From: Burkholderiales bacterium
GTDB lineage: Bacteria > Pseudomonadota > Gammaproteobacteria > Burkholderiales > SG8-41
Direction of reading: 5' to 3'
Length of the DNA: 63,921 nt
NCBI GenBank assembly: GCA_050250695.1
Contig: JBFWOE010000004.1
Span: 1 to 63,921 of the forward strand
Shown here: positions 41,785-51,351 of the stretch, in pieces
How positions within the stretch are numbered: the stretch's first letter is position 1
Layout: each line of letters opens with the position of its first letter
Notes under the pieces: generated by a model
Databases searched by the model: none
What the model was told of the DNA's origin: nothing
What the model saw: only the letters and a program-made list of their open reading frames with translations
Position numbers and translations under genes: made by a program

Positions 41785-43263
41785 ATGAAAAAACTATTCG
41801 CAGTTCTGGCCCTGTTCGGCGCGCTGAGCATTGCGGGCACGCCGGCCATCGCGCAGGACAAACCTGCTGAAGCGCCTGCTGCCGCTGCTGCTGCGGCACC
41901 TGCCGCGGCTCCGGCCGCTGCAGCCCCTGCCGCCCCTGCTGCAGCCCCGGCACCCACCCCGGTCAAGGGTGACACCGCCTGGATGATGATGGCCACCATC
42001 CTGGTGATCCTGATGACCATCCCCGGGCTCGCGCTGTTCTACGGCGGCATGGTCCGCGCCAAGAACACGCTGTCGGTGCTGATGCAGGTGTACATAGTAT
42101 TCTCGATGTGCGTCGTGCTGTGGGCCATTTACGGCTACACGCTGGCATTCGGCGGCAGCGGAACGTTCATCGGCGGCTTCGACAAGCTGTTCCTGTCGGG
42201 CGTGACGCCGGACTCCAACGGCGCAACCTTCAGCAAGGGCGTGGTCATCCCGGAATTCGCTTTCATCGCCTTCCAGGCCACGTTCGCGGGCATCACCCCG
42301 GCGCTGATCGTCGGCGCATTTGCCGAACGGATGAAATTTTCCGCAGTGCTGCTGTTCACCGTAATCTGGTTCACCTTTGCTTACCTGCCGATGGCGCACA
42401 TGGTGTGGTACTGGGACGGCCCGGATGCGATCACCGATGCCGCGTCGCTTGAAAAGGTCTCTGCAGCGGCTGGTTTCCTATGGGCCAAGGGCGCGCTGGA
42501 CTTCGCCGGCGGAACGGTGGTGCACATCAACGCCGGCATCGCCGGTCTGGTGGGCGCCTACCTGGTCGGCAAACGCGTGGGCTTCGGCAAGGAAGCCATG
42601 TCGCCGCACAGCCTGACGCTGACCATGGTCGGTGCCGCGCTGCTGTGGGTGGGCTGGTTCGGCTTCAACGCCGGCTCCAACCTCGAGGCGACCGGCCTGG
42701 CCACGCTGGCAGTGGTAAACACGCTGCTGGCAACCGCCGCTGCGACGATGTCGTGGATGATCTTCGAGTGGATGCTGAAAGGCAAACCCTCGATGCTGGG
42801 TGCAGCGTCGGGCTCGATTGCCGGCCTGGTGGCGATTACCCCGGCCTGCGGCTTCGTCGGTCCGATGGGCGCCATCATCATCGGCCTGCTCGCCGGCGTG
42901 ATCTGCCTGTGGGGTGTCAACGGCCTCAAGCGCATGCTCGGTGCGGATGACGCGCTGGACGTATTCGGCGTGCACGCGGTCGGCGGCATACTGGGCTCGA
43001 TCCTCACCGGCGTGTTCGTATCACCGGCCCTGGGCGGAACGGGTGTCTACGACTATGTCGCCAACAAGGTCGCGGACTTCGACATGGCCACGCAGCTGGT
43101 CAGCCAGTTCTGGGGAGTCGGCACCGCGATCATCTGGTCCGGTGTGGTCGCCCTGGTCGCTTTCAAGATCGTTGACATGATCATCGGGCTGCGCGTGACT
43201 GAAGAAGTCGAGCGCGAGGGCCTGGACATCAACGAACACGGCGAAAAGGCCTATCACATGTAA
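41785..43263 (+). CDS. amtB: ammonium transporter AmtB
   Basis: Start re-placed at ATG 41785 (the track start 41773 is TTG), with GGAGAA 5-10 nt upstream. Signal peptide, Ala/Pro-rich spacer, then the Amt core (AGGTVVHINAG, FGVHAVGGILG). Confidence 0.95.
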   Translation: MKKLFAVLALFGALSIAGTPAIAQDKPAEAPAAAAAAAPAAAPAAAAPAAPAAAPAPTPVKGDTAWMMMATILVILMTIPGLALFYGGMVRAKNTLSVLMQVYIVFSMCVVLWAIYGYTLAFGGSGTFIGGFDKLFLSGVTPDSNGATFSKGVVIPEFAFIAFQATFAGITPALIVGAFAERMKFSAVLLFTVIWFTFAYLPMAHMVWYWDGPDAITDAASLEKVSAAAGFLWAKGALDFAGGTVVHINAGIAGLVGAYLVGKRVGFGKEAMSPHSLTLTMVGAALLWVGWFGFNAGSNLEATGLATLAVVNTLLATAAATMSWMIFEWMLKGKPSMLGAASGSIAGLVAITPACGFVGPMGAIIIGLLAGVICLWGVNGLKRMLGADDALDVFGVHAVGGILGSILTGVFVSPALGGTGVYDYVANKVADFDMATQLVSQFWGVGTAIIWSGVVALVAFKIVDMIIGLRVTEEVEREGLDINEHGEKAYHM

Positions 43264-43292
43264 GGCCGCTCCCGGATAATCTCCCTGAGTCT

Positions 43293-43319
43293 GCGGGCGC
43301 TTCGGCGCCCGCTTTTTTT
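43293..43319 (+). terminator. rho-independent terminator after amtB
   Basis: GCGGGCGC-TTCG-GCGCCCGC (8-bp perfect stem, tetraloop) followed by TTTTTTT, 30 nt after the amtB stop. Confidence 0.9.
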
Positions 43320-43369
43320 GGATGCGGCCCGGCCGGAGCCCTGCCGGAGATCGGCAACAAACCCGCATC

Positions 43370-44677
43370 ATGACCGTACCCAGACAGACCACCGCACAGA
43401 CCGGACCGCAGCAGGATCTCGAGAGCCACATCCTCAAGGCCACCACGGAGATCGAGCACTGGCTGCGCGGGCAGTGGCAGGAACATGCTGCGCCTTTCTA
43501 CGCCTCGGTGGACCTGCGCAATGCTGGATTCAAGCTGGCCCCGGTGGACACCAACCTGTTCCCCGGCGGTTTCAACAACCTGAATCCTGACTTCCACACG
43601 CTGTGCGTGCAGGCGGCGATGTCGGCCATAGAAAAAGCCTGCCCGGACGCGCGTGCCATCGTGCTGATTCCCGAGAACCACACCCGCAACCAGTTCTATC
43701 TGCAGAACGTCGAAAAACTCGCCACGATCCTGCGCCACGCCGGGGTGGAAGTGCGCATCGGCAGCCTGCTGCCGGAAATCACGGATGCCACCGAACTTGA
43801 GCTGCCGAACGGAACCAGCCTGCGGCTGGAGCCGCTGCTGCGCGCCGGCAACCGCCTGCGGGTCGGCGATCTCGATCCCTGCGTCGTGCTGCTGAACAAC
43901 GATCTCTCGGGCGGCGTGCCCGACATATTGCGCAACCTTGAACAGACCGTGCTGCCGCCGGTGCACGCCGGATGGGCGACGCGACGCAAATCGCAGCACT
44001 TCGCCGCGTACGACGATGTCACCCGCGACTTTGCAGCGCTGATCGGCATCGATCCCTGGCTGATCAACCCGTACTTCGAAAAGTGCGGCAGGATCAATTT
44101 CCGCGAGCGCACCGGCGAGGAATGCCTCGAAGGCTACGTTTCGGAAATCCTTGATGACATCCGCAGGAAATACGCCGAGTACGGCGTCTCCGAAGAACCG
44201 TTTGTGATCGTCAAGGCCGACGCCGGCACCTACGGCATGGGCATCATGACAGTCAAGGATCCCTCCGAAGTCAAGGGCCTCAACCGCAAGCAGCGCAACA
44301 AGATGGCCGTGGTCAAGGAAGGCCTCGAAGTGCACGACGTCATCGTCCAGGAAGGCGTCTATACCTTCGAAACCGTAGGTGATGCCATAGCCGAACCCGT
44401 GGTCTACATGATCGACCATTTCGTCGTCGGCGGCTTTTACCGGGTGCATACCGCGCGCGGCAAGGACCAGAATCTCAATGCTCCCGGCATGCAGTTCGTG
44501 CCGCTGGCCTTCGACGAACCCTGCTCCTCTCCCAACCCGGACGATCCCGGCTGTCCGCCCAACCGCTTCTATTCCTACGGGGTCATCGCCAGGCTGGCAC
44601 TGCTGGCTGCCGCACTGGAACTCGAACGCATGGAAACGGCGGCTGAAGCACCGGTATTGCTGCGCGCGGCGCCATGA
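43370..44677 (+). CDS. gshA: glutamate--cysteine ligase (betaproteobacterial / T. ferrooxidans-type)
   Basis: Start re-placed at ATG 43370 (MTVPRQTT...). FYASVDLRNAGFKLAPVDTNLFPGGFNNL fits this GshA class. Overlaps gshB by 4 nt. Confidence 0.85.
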   Translation: MTVPRQTTAQTGPQQDLESHILKATTEIEHWLRGQWQEHAAPFYASVDLRNAGFKLAPVDTNLFPGGFNNLNPDFHTLCVQAAMSAIEKACPDARAIVLIPENHTRNQFYLQNVEKLATILRHAGVEVRIGSLLPEITDATELELPNGTSLRLEPLLRAGNRLRVGDLDPCVVLLNNDLSGGVPDILRNLEQTVLPPVHAGWATRRKSQHFAAYDDVTRDFAALIGIDPWLINPYFEKCGRINFRERTGEECLEGYVSEILDDIRRKYAEYGVSEEPFVIVKADAGTYGMGIMTVKDPSEVKGLNRKQRNKMAVVKEGLEVHDVIVQEGVYTFETVGDAIAEPVVYMIDHFVVGGFYRVHTARGKDQNLNAPGMQFVPLAFDEPCSSPNPDDPGCPPNRFYSYGVIARLALLAAALELERMETAAEAPVLLRAAP

Positions 44678-45612
44678 GGCTGGCGTTCATCGTCGACCCG
44701 CTCGATGAGTTCAAGCTGGAGAAAGACTCGACCTACGCCATCATGAAGGAGGCGGCGGCGCGCGGCCACGAACTGCATGCCCTGCAGCAGGAAGATCTGG
44801 CCTGGCACAAGCAGGTCGTCATCGGCGGTGCCCGCCGACTGCATCTGACCGGCGCGTCACCGCAGTGGTACCGTCTCGACGCGCCCCGCGACACACCGCT
44901 GGAACAGTTCGACGCGGTGCTGATGCGCAAGGATCCGCCGTTCGACATGGAGTACGTCTACAGCACCTACCTGCTGGAAATCGCCGAGCGCCGCGGGGCA
45001 CGCGTGTTCAACCGCCCGCAGGCGATCCGCGATTTCAACGAAAAAATGGCGATCGCGCGTTTCTCCGATTTCACGGTCCCGACCCTGGTGACCCGCCAGC
45101 CGCGGCGGTTGCGTGATTTTCTCGACGAACACGCGGACATCATCCTCAAGCCGCTGGACGGCATGGGCGGCAGTTCGATTTTCCGGGTTCGGGGCGCGGA
45201 TCCCAACCTCAACGTGATCATCGAAACGCTGACAGCCGACGGCGCCCGCACGATCATGGCTCAGCGTTATATCCCGGAAATCCGTGATGGCGACAAACGC
45301 GTACTGGTGATCGGCGGCAAGCCCGTGCCTTACTGTCTTGCACGTATCCCCAAATCAGGTGAAACCCGGGGCAACCTCGCCGCCGGCGGAACCGGCATCG
45401 CGCGCGAACTCACCGTGCGTGACCGCATGATCGCCGAAACCCTGGGTCCGCAGCTCTCCGCCGCCGGCCTTTTGCTGGTCGGACTGGATGTCATCGGCGA
45501 CTGGCTGACCGAAGTCAATGTCACCAGCCCGACCTGTTTCCAGGAAATTTCTGCACAATCCGGATTCAATGTGGCCGCCATGTTGCTGGATACACTGGAA
45601 AAATCCCTTTAG
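44674..45612 (+). CDS. gshB: glutathione synthase
   Basis: 312 aa. MRLAFIVDPLDEFKLEKDSTYAIM N-terminus and ATP-grasp C-terminal half (LKPLDGMGGSSIFRV, GETRGNLAAGG). Confidence 0.95.
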   Translation: MRLAFIVDPLDEFKLEKDSTYAIMKEAAARGHELHALQQEDLAWHKQVVIGGARRLHLTGASPQWYRLDAPRDTPLEQFDAVLMRKDPPFDMEYVYSTYLLEIAERRGARVFNRPQAIRDFNEKMAIARFSDFTVPTLVTRQPRRLRDFLDEHADIILKPLDGMGGSSIFRVRGADPNLNVIIETLTADGARTIMAQRYIPEIRDGDKRVLVIGGKPVPYCLARIPKSGETRGNLAAGGTGIARELTVRDRMIAETLGPQLSAAGLLLVGLDVIGDWLTEVNVTSPTCFQEISAQSGFNVAAMLLDTLEKSL

Positions 45613-45705
45613 TGCCCCTGCGATTCTGGAGTGATCGCCAATGTTGCGATGCAAGAAAAGGGGGCGTAAAGTATGGCGCTTTCGTGACAGGGACTGCGTA
45701 AGTTC

Positions 45706-46128
45706 ATGATCGGCATACTGATTATCAGCCACGGCACACTGGGTGAAAGCCTGATCCATTGCGCCAGCCACATGCTCAACAAGCGCCCGCCGCGGCTGCG
45801 CCAGCTGGGCGTCACCGCCCAGGATGATCCGGTGCTGCTGGTGCCGCAGGCACGCAAGCTGGTCAAGGAACTCGATGAAGGTGACGGCGTCCTGGTGCTG
45901 ACCGACATGTACGGCGGCTCGCCGTCCAACATCGCCGCGAAACTGGTCATCCCCGGCAAAATCGAGAGTGTTGCCGGCGTCAGCCTGCCGATGCTGATCC
46001 GCGCGCTGACCTACCGCGACCGGCCGCTGTCGGTGATGATCACCAAGGCCATCAGCGGCGGCTGCGAAGGAGTGTTGCGGGTGCCGCCGACGCTGGTTGC
46101 CGTTCAAAATGCTGCAACAGGAAGCTGA
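45706..46128 (+). CDS. PTS EIIA component, mannose/fructose family
   Basis: 140 aa. MIGILIISHGTLGE with the phospho-His context, followed by HPr and EI genes. Confidence 0.85.
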   Translation: MIGILIISHGTLGESLIHCASHMLNKRPPRLRQLGVTAQDDPVLLVPQARKLVKELDEGDGVLVLTDMYGGSPSNIAAKLVIPGKIESVAGVSLPMLIRALTYRDRPLSVMITKAISGGCEGVLRVPPTLVAVQNAATGS

Positions 46129-46378
46129 GATCATCAACAAGCTCGGGTTACACGCCCGGGCATCGGCAAAACTGACGCAGGTCGCCGGCAGCTACTCCAG
46201 TGCGGTATGGCTGAGTCGCAACGGCCGCCGCGTCAATGCCAAAAGCATCATGGGGGTGATGATGCTGGCTGCGGCCAAGGGCTCGAAAATCGTCATCGAG
46301 ACCGACGGCCCCGATGAGACCGAAGCCATGCAGGCCCTGCACAAGCTGATTTCCGAACGCTTCGGCGAAAGCGAATAA
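46109..46378 (+). CDS. ptsH: HPr-family phosphocarrier protein
   Basis: I prefer ATG 46109 (MLQQEAEIINKLGLHARASAKL). His15 context GLHARA and Ser46 context NAKSIMGVM. Overlaps the EIIA gene by 20 nt. Confidence 0.88.
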   Translation: MLQQEAEIINKLGLHARASAKLTQVAGSYSSAVWLSRNGRRVNAKSIMGVMMLAAAKGSKIVIETDGPDETEAMQALHKLISERFGESE

Positions 46379-46475
46379 CAGGCACCCATTGAGATGCACC
46401 CCGGGCGCGGGCAGAATACGTAAACGGTGACCGGCGTTCCGGTCGCGCGCACCCGGCCTCTACACCCCATTCCTT

Positions 46476-48203
46476 ATGAGCTTCACGATACACGGCATCG
46501 GCGTTTCTGGCGGCATTGCCATCGGCCATGCGCACCTGGTATCGCACACCAACCTGGAAGTCGCCCATTACGAAATACCCGCGGCTCAGGTCGCGGAAGA
46601 ATCAGCGCGGTTCGATCTCGCCATACTCACCGTACGCAATGAACTGGAGCAGCTGCGCGGCGCGGTTCCGGCCGATGCCCCTGCGGAATTCGCCGCGTTC
46701 ATCGACCTGCACCAGATGATACTCAACGACTCGACGCTCTCGGAGGCGCCGCGCGCCATCATCGCCGCGGAACGCTGCAATGCGGAATGGGCGCTGAAAA
46801 CACAGACCGACGAACTGCTGACCAAATTCGACGCCATCGAAGACGCCTACCTGCGCGAACGCCGCGCCGACGTCATCCAGGTCGCGCAGCGCGTAATGAA
46901 GGTGCTGCTGGGGCAACCGGGCCATGCGCCGGCACCGGCCGGCACAGAAGACCACAATCTCGTACTCGTCGCCCACGATCTGTCTCCCGCGGACGTCGTA
47001 CTGTTCAAACAGCATCGCTTCGCGAGCTTCGTTACCGACCTGGGGGGCGCAACCTCGCACACGGCCATCGTCGCGCGCAGCCTGAACATCCCGTGCATTG
47101 TCGCCCTTCACCACGCCCGCCAGCTGGTGCGCGAAAACGAAATAATCATCGTCGACGGCACCCAGGGAGTGGTCATCGTCGACCCGGATCCGCAGGTGCT
47201 TGCGGAATACCAGCTGCGGCAGCGGGAATTCGGACTGGAACGGCAGAAGCTGAAACGGCTGCGCGATACGCCGGCACGCACGCTGGACGGTGCCGAAATC
47301 GAATTGCATGCCAACATCGAACTGCCCGGCGACGTCGCGCTGGCACGGGAAAGCGGCGCCACGGGCATAGGGCTGTTCCGCACCGAATTCCTGTTCCTCA
47401 ACCGCTCCGACCTGCCGGACGAGGACGAGCAGTTCGAGGCCTACCGCCACGTCATGCAGGAAATGGATGGTCGCCCGGTCACCATCCGCACCTATGACCT
47501 CGGCGCCGACAAGCAGGCGGATGATACGGTCCGGCTGGCGCCCAACCCGGCCCTCGGGCTGCGCGCCATCCGCCTGTGCCTGACCGAACCCAAACGTTTC
47601 GTCACACAGCTGCGCGCCATGCTGCGGGCCTCCAGCTACGGTCGCATGAAGATCCTGATACCGATGCTGATGAATGCGGGCGAAATCGAGCAGGCGCTGC
47701 AACTGGTCGCCCAGGCAAAACGCAGCCTGGAAGATGACGACATCAGTTACGACCGCAACGTTCCCGTCGGCGGCATGGTCGAAATTCCCGCCGCTGCGCT
47801 GGCACTGAAAATGCTGACCCGGCGTCTGGATTTCCTGTCGGTAGGCACCAACGACCTGATCCAGTACCTGCTGGCGATCGACCGCACCGACGACACGGTG
47901 GCGCATCTCTACGACCCCCTGCACCCCGCAGTGCTGACCGTGCTCGCGCACATATTCTCGACCGCGGGAAAAGCGCAGGTTCCGGTTGCCGTCTGCGGCG
48001 AGATGGCCGGCGACGTCGCACTGACCCGGCTGCTGCTGGCGCTGGGCCTGCGCTGCTTCTCGATGCATTCCGCGCACCTGCTCGACGTCAAGCAGCGCGT
48101 GCTGAAAACCAACCTTGCTGACGCCTATCCCATCGCCCGGCGCATGCTGAGGGCGTCGGATCCCGCCAAGCTGCGCAACATGCTGGACAAGCTCAACGCC
48201 TGA
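46476..48203 (+). CDS. ptsI: phosphoenolpyruvate--protein phosphotransferase (Enzyme I)
   Basis: 575 aa. Phospho-His loop GGATSHTAIVARS, PEP-utilising domain (GLFRTEFLF, CGEMAGD). Confidence 0.95.
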   Translation: MSFTIHGIGVSGGIAIGHAHLVSHTNLEVAHYEIPAAQVAEESARFDLAILTVRNELEQLRGAVPADAPAEFAAFIDLHQMILNDSTLSEAPRAIIAAERCNAEWALKTQTDELLTKFDAIEDAYLRERRADVIQVAQRVMKVLLGQPGHAPAPAGTEDHNLVLVAHDLSPADVVLFKQHRFASFVTDLGGATSHTAIVARSLNIPCIVALHHARQLVRENEIIIVDGTQGVVIVDPDPQVLAEYQLRQREFGLERQKLKRLRDTPARTLDGAEIELHANIELPGDVALARESGATGIGLFRTEFLFLNRSDLPDEDEQFEAYRHVMQEMDGRPVTIRTYDLGADKQADDTVRLAPNPALGLRAIRLCLTEPKRFVTQLRAMLRASSYGRMKILIPMLMNAGEIEQALQLVAQAKRSLEDDDISYDRNVPVGGMVEIPAAALALKMLTRRLDFLSVGTNDLIQYLLAIDRTDDTVAHLYDPLHPAVLTVLAHIFSTAGKAQVPVAVCGEMAGDVALTRLLLALGLRCFSMHSAHLLDVKQRVLKTNLADAYPIARRMLRASDPAKLRNMLDKLNA

Positions 48204-48221
48204 AGGTCCCGATGCGCCGAT

Positions 48222-48250
48222 TTGACAAGGCGGGGCCGCGCAGGTAACGT
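48222..48250 (+). promoter_or_regulatory. candidate sigma-70 promoter for the metX leader
   Basis: TTGACA (48222-48227), 17-nt spacer, TAACGT (48245-48250). Confidence 0.35.
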
Positions 48251-48256
48251 TTCCCT

Positions 48257-48362
48257 GCAGTTTTCGCGCCGATTTGAAATCAGCTTGCGGGCGCGTAATA
48301 AATCCGGCTAAAGAGATCAGTGATTTCTGACAACCCCGGGCGCAGGCTTTCGGGGTTTTTTT
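48257..48362 (+). promoter_or_regulatory. structured metX 5' leader ending in a terminator-shaped hairpin (candidate riboswitch/attenuator)
   Basis: P1 hairpin CGCGCC(48265-70)/GGCGCG(48290-95). Terminator-like stem AACCCCG(48332-38)/CGGGGTT(48351-57) with a T-run to 48362, and the ATG at 48363. The SD-like GGGG lies inside the stem. Confidence 0.5.
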
Positions 48363-49520
48363 ATGGCTTCCAGCTCGACACAGAATCCGGTACGGTCGGT
48401 CGGCACGGTAGTGCCGCAGACCGCACATTTCACCGACCCGCTGCCGCTGCGCAGCGGCGCGGTGCTGCACGATTACGACCTGGTCTACGAAACCTACGGC
48501 ACCCTCAATGCCGACCGCAGCAACGCCGTGCTGGTCTGTCACGCCCTCAACGCTTCACACCATGCCGCCGGCGTTTATGCCGACGACCCCGGCAACACGG
48601 GCTGGTGGGACAACATGATCGGACCGGGAAAACCGCTGGATACCGATCGCTTTTACGTGATCGGTGTCAACAACATCGGCGGCTGCCACGGCTCCACGGG
48701 CCCGCTCAGCTTCAATCCTGCGACCGGACGCATCTGGGGCGGGGACTTCCCCATGGTCACCGTCGAAGACTGGGTCGATGCCCAGGTCCGCCTGGCCGAC
48801 CACCTCGGCATCACCCGCTTTGCCGCCGTCATGGGCGGCAGCCTCGGCGCCATGCAGGCGCTGGCGTGGGCGATCCGCCATCCGCAGCGGCTGCGACACA
48901 GCATCGTCATAGCCTGCGCGCCCAACCTGTCGGCGCAGAACATCGCATTCAACGAGGTGGCACGGCAGGCCATCGTCACGGATCCTGATTTTCACGAGGG
49001 CAATTACCACACGCTGGGGGTCGCCCCCCGCCGCGGGCTGCGTGTGGCGCGCATGGTCGGCCACATCACCTACCTGTCGGACGATGAAATGGCCAACAAG
49101 TTCGGCCGGCAGCTCAAGAACGGCAAGCTCAACTACGATTTCGGAACCGAATTCCAGATCGAGTCCTACCTGCGCCACCAGGGCAACAAGTTCGCCGACT
49201 ATTTCGATGCGAACACCTACCTGCGCATCACCAAGGCGCTCGACTATTTCGACCCTGCCGCGGATCACGGCGGCAATCTCTCTGAAGCCCTGAAGCCCGC
49301 AAGCGCCGGCGTGCTGGTCATTTCTTTCACCACCGACTGGCGGTTTTCCCCGGAGCGTTCGCGGGAAATCGTCCGTGCGCTGCTCGACAACCGCGCCCGG
49401 GTCACCTACGCGGAGATCGACGCACCACACGGCCACGACGCGTTCCTGCTCGACGATCCGCGTTACCACCGGCTGGTCGCGGCCTATTTCGACCGTGTGC
49501 ACCGGGAGATCGCCCCATGA
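48363..49520 (+). CDS. metX: homoserine O-acyltransferase MetX (acetyl/succinyl specificity not decidable here)
   Basis: 385 aa alpha/beta hydrolase with nucleophile elbow [10 protein letters not shown]. Followed by metW with a 4-nt overlap. Confidence 0.93.
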   Translation: MASSSTQNPVRSVGTVVPQTAHFTDPLPLRSGAVLHDYDLVYETYGTLNADRSNAVLVCHALNASHHAAGVYADDPGNTGWWDNMIGPGKPLDTDRFYVIGVNNIGGCHGSTGPLSFNPATGRIWGGDFPMVTVEDWVDAQVRLADHLGITRFAAVMGGSLGAMQALAWAIRHPQRLRHSIVIACAPNLSAQNIAFNEVARQAIVTDPDFHEGNYHTLGVAPRRGLRVARMVGHITYLSDDEMANKFGRQLKNGKLNYDFGTEFQIESYLRHQGNKFADYFDANTYLRITKALDYFDPAADHGGNLSEALKPASAGVLVISFTTDWRFSPERSREIVRALLDNRARVTYAEIDAPHGHDAFLLDDPRYHRLVAAYFDRVHREIAP

Positions 49521-50113
49521 CCGGCCGCGACGGTGCCCAGCGCCCGGATTTCGCCGCAATCGCGCAATGGGTGAGTCAGGGCGCGCATGTGCTCGACCTC
49601 GGCTGCGGCGACGGCACGCTGCTGAAATACCTGCAGCAAGCGCGGGCTGTCACCGGTTACGGCGTCGAGATCGACGACCGCAACGTGCTGGAATGCGTCA
49701 ATAACGGCGTGCACGTCATCCAGGGCGACCTCGAGCGCGGCCTTGCGGAATTCGAGGACGATTCATTCGACTTCGTTGTGCTCTCCCAGACATTGCAGGC
49801 CATGCGCAACACCGAGCGCATCATGCGCGAAATGCTGCGGGTGGGCCGCGCCGGCATCGTCACTTTTCCCAACTTCGGCTACTGGAAAAACCGCCTGCAC
49901 GTGCTGCGCGGACGGATGCCGGTTTCGGAAAACCTGCCGTTCGAATGGTTCGACACGCCGAACATCCACCTGTGCACGATCGCCGACTTCGAGCGCTTCT
50001 GTGCCAAGCGCGGCATCCGCATCATTGGGCGCACGGTGCTCACCGGAAGCAGGCCGGCGCCCGCGTGGCCCAACCTGCTCGGCGAACTGGCTGTTTATCA
50101 CTTCGGCGGCTGA
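49517..50113 (+). CDS. metW: methionine biosynthesis protein MetW
   Basis: 198 aa. [12 protein letters not shown] and ...[11 protein letters not shown]... are typical of MetW. Confidence 0.92.
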   Translation: MTGRDGAQRPDFAAIAQWVSQGAHVLDLGCGDGTLLKYLQQARAVTGYGVEIDDRNVLECVNNGVHVIQGDLERGLAEFEDDSFDFVVLSQTLQAMRNTERIMREMLRVGRAGIVTFPNFGYWKNRLHVLRGRMPVSENLPFEWFDTPNIHLCTIADFERFCAKRGIRIIGRTVLTGSRPAPAWPNLLGELAVYHFGG

Positions 50114-51351
50114 ATCGCCGCCATTTGCGTCACCGGGCGCAGCAGCAGCAGGCCGGGTATCGCGATCAAGGCGCACATCAGGAAAAATACCGGCCAGCCC
50201 AGTTCCTGCGCAAACCAGCCGGTCGGCGCAGCGAGCAGCACCCGCGGCACGCCCATCAGGCTGGTCAGCAGCGCATACTGGGTCGCGGTAAACCGGCGGT
50301 CGGTCAGCGCCGCCATGAATCCTACAAAAGCCGCCGTGCCCATGCCTGCCGTCAGGTTCTCGATGGCGACCACCGCCGCCAGCGCACCGGCACTGAGGGG
50401 GCAGTACGCCAGGATAACGAATCCCAGCGTCGACAACATCTGGCCAATGCCGAACACCCATAACGCCTGCCGCATGCCCGCGCGCAGCATCCAGATTCCG
50501 CCGAGGGTGCCACCGGCAATCGTGGCCCAGAAACCGAACAGTTTCACCACGGCGCCGATCTCGGTCTTGGTGTAACCGAGGTCCAGATAAAACGGCACGG
50601 TCATCGCCGATGCCATGGTGTCGCCCAGCTTGTAGAGCAGGATGAAGGCAAGGATCAGCCACGCCCCCTGCCGCGCAAAATAGTCCCTGAAAGGCAGTAC
50701 CACGGCTTCGCGCAGCGAACGGGGATGGCCGTCGGGCAGCGGTGGTTCGGGGGCGAGCAGGGTCACCGCCACACAGGCCAGCATGCAACAGGCCATCAGC
50801 CGGTACATGGTTTCGAACGAAAGCCAGTCGGCAAGTATCAGGCCGCCGCCGCCGGCGAGCAGCATGCCCACCCGGTAACCGTTGACGTACAGCGCCGAAC
50901 CCAGCCCGAGTTCGGATTCGTCCAGGCTTTCCCGGCGATAGGCATCGACAACGATGTCCTGCGACGCCGAGAAAAAAGCGACCAGCAGGCCGGCAATCAT
51001 CACCAGCCACAGGTGATCGGCTGTCGGCTGTGCGCTGCCCAGGACAAAAAGCGCGCCGGCCAGCGCGATCTGCATCAGTGCCAGCCAGCCGCGGCGCCGC
51101 CCCAGCAGCGGTGTGTAACGGTCAAACAGTGGCGACCACAGGAATTTCAGGGTGTACGGCAGTCCGACCAGCGCAAACAGCCCGATGCGCGCCAGATCGA
51201 CGCCGCCGTCCTTCAGCCAGGCCTGCAGCACCGATCCGGTCAGCAGCAGCGGCAGTCCCGATGAGAACCCCATCAGCAATGCGACCAGCATGCGCCCGCT
51301 GAATACGGTCTCCAGCGTCTCGCGCCACGACGGCCGGGGTTGGTGGGTCAA
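50098..51351 (-). CDS. ampG: AmpG-family muropeptide MFS permease
   Basis: 417 aa. LLMGFSSGLPLLLTGSVLQAWL signature. The track start is TTG 51351, overlapping the xthA stop; ATG 51291 is an alternative. Confidence 0.88.
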   Translation of the reverse strand: MTHQPRPSWRETLETVFSGRMLVALLMGFSSGLPLLLTGSVLQAWLKDGGVDLARIGLFALVGLPYTLKFLWSPLFDRYTPLLGRRRGWLALMQIALAGALFVLGSAQPTADHLWLVMIAGLLVAFFSASQDIVVDAYRRESLDESELGLGSALYVNGYRVGMLLAGGGGLILADWLSFETMYRLMACCMLACVAVTLLAPEPPLPDGHPRSLREAVVLPFRDYFARQGAWLILAFILLYKLGDTMASAMTVPFYLDLGYTKTEIGAVVKLFGFWATIAGGTLGGIWMLRAGMRQALWVFGIGQMLSTLGFVILAYCPLSAGALAAVVAIENLTAGMGTAAFVGFMAALTDRRFTATQYALLTSLMGVPRVLLAAPTGWFAQELGWPVFFLMCALIAIPGLLLLRPVTQMAAIQPPK

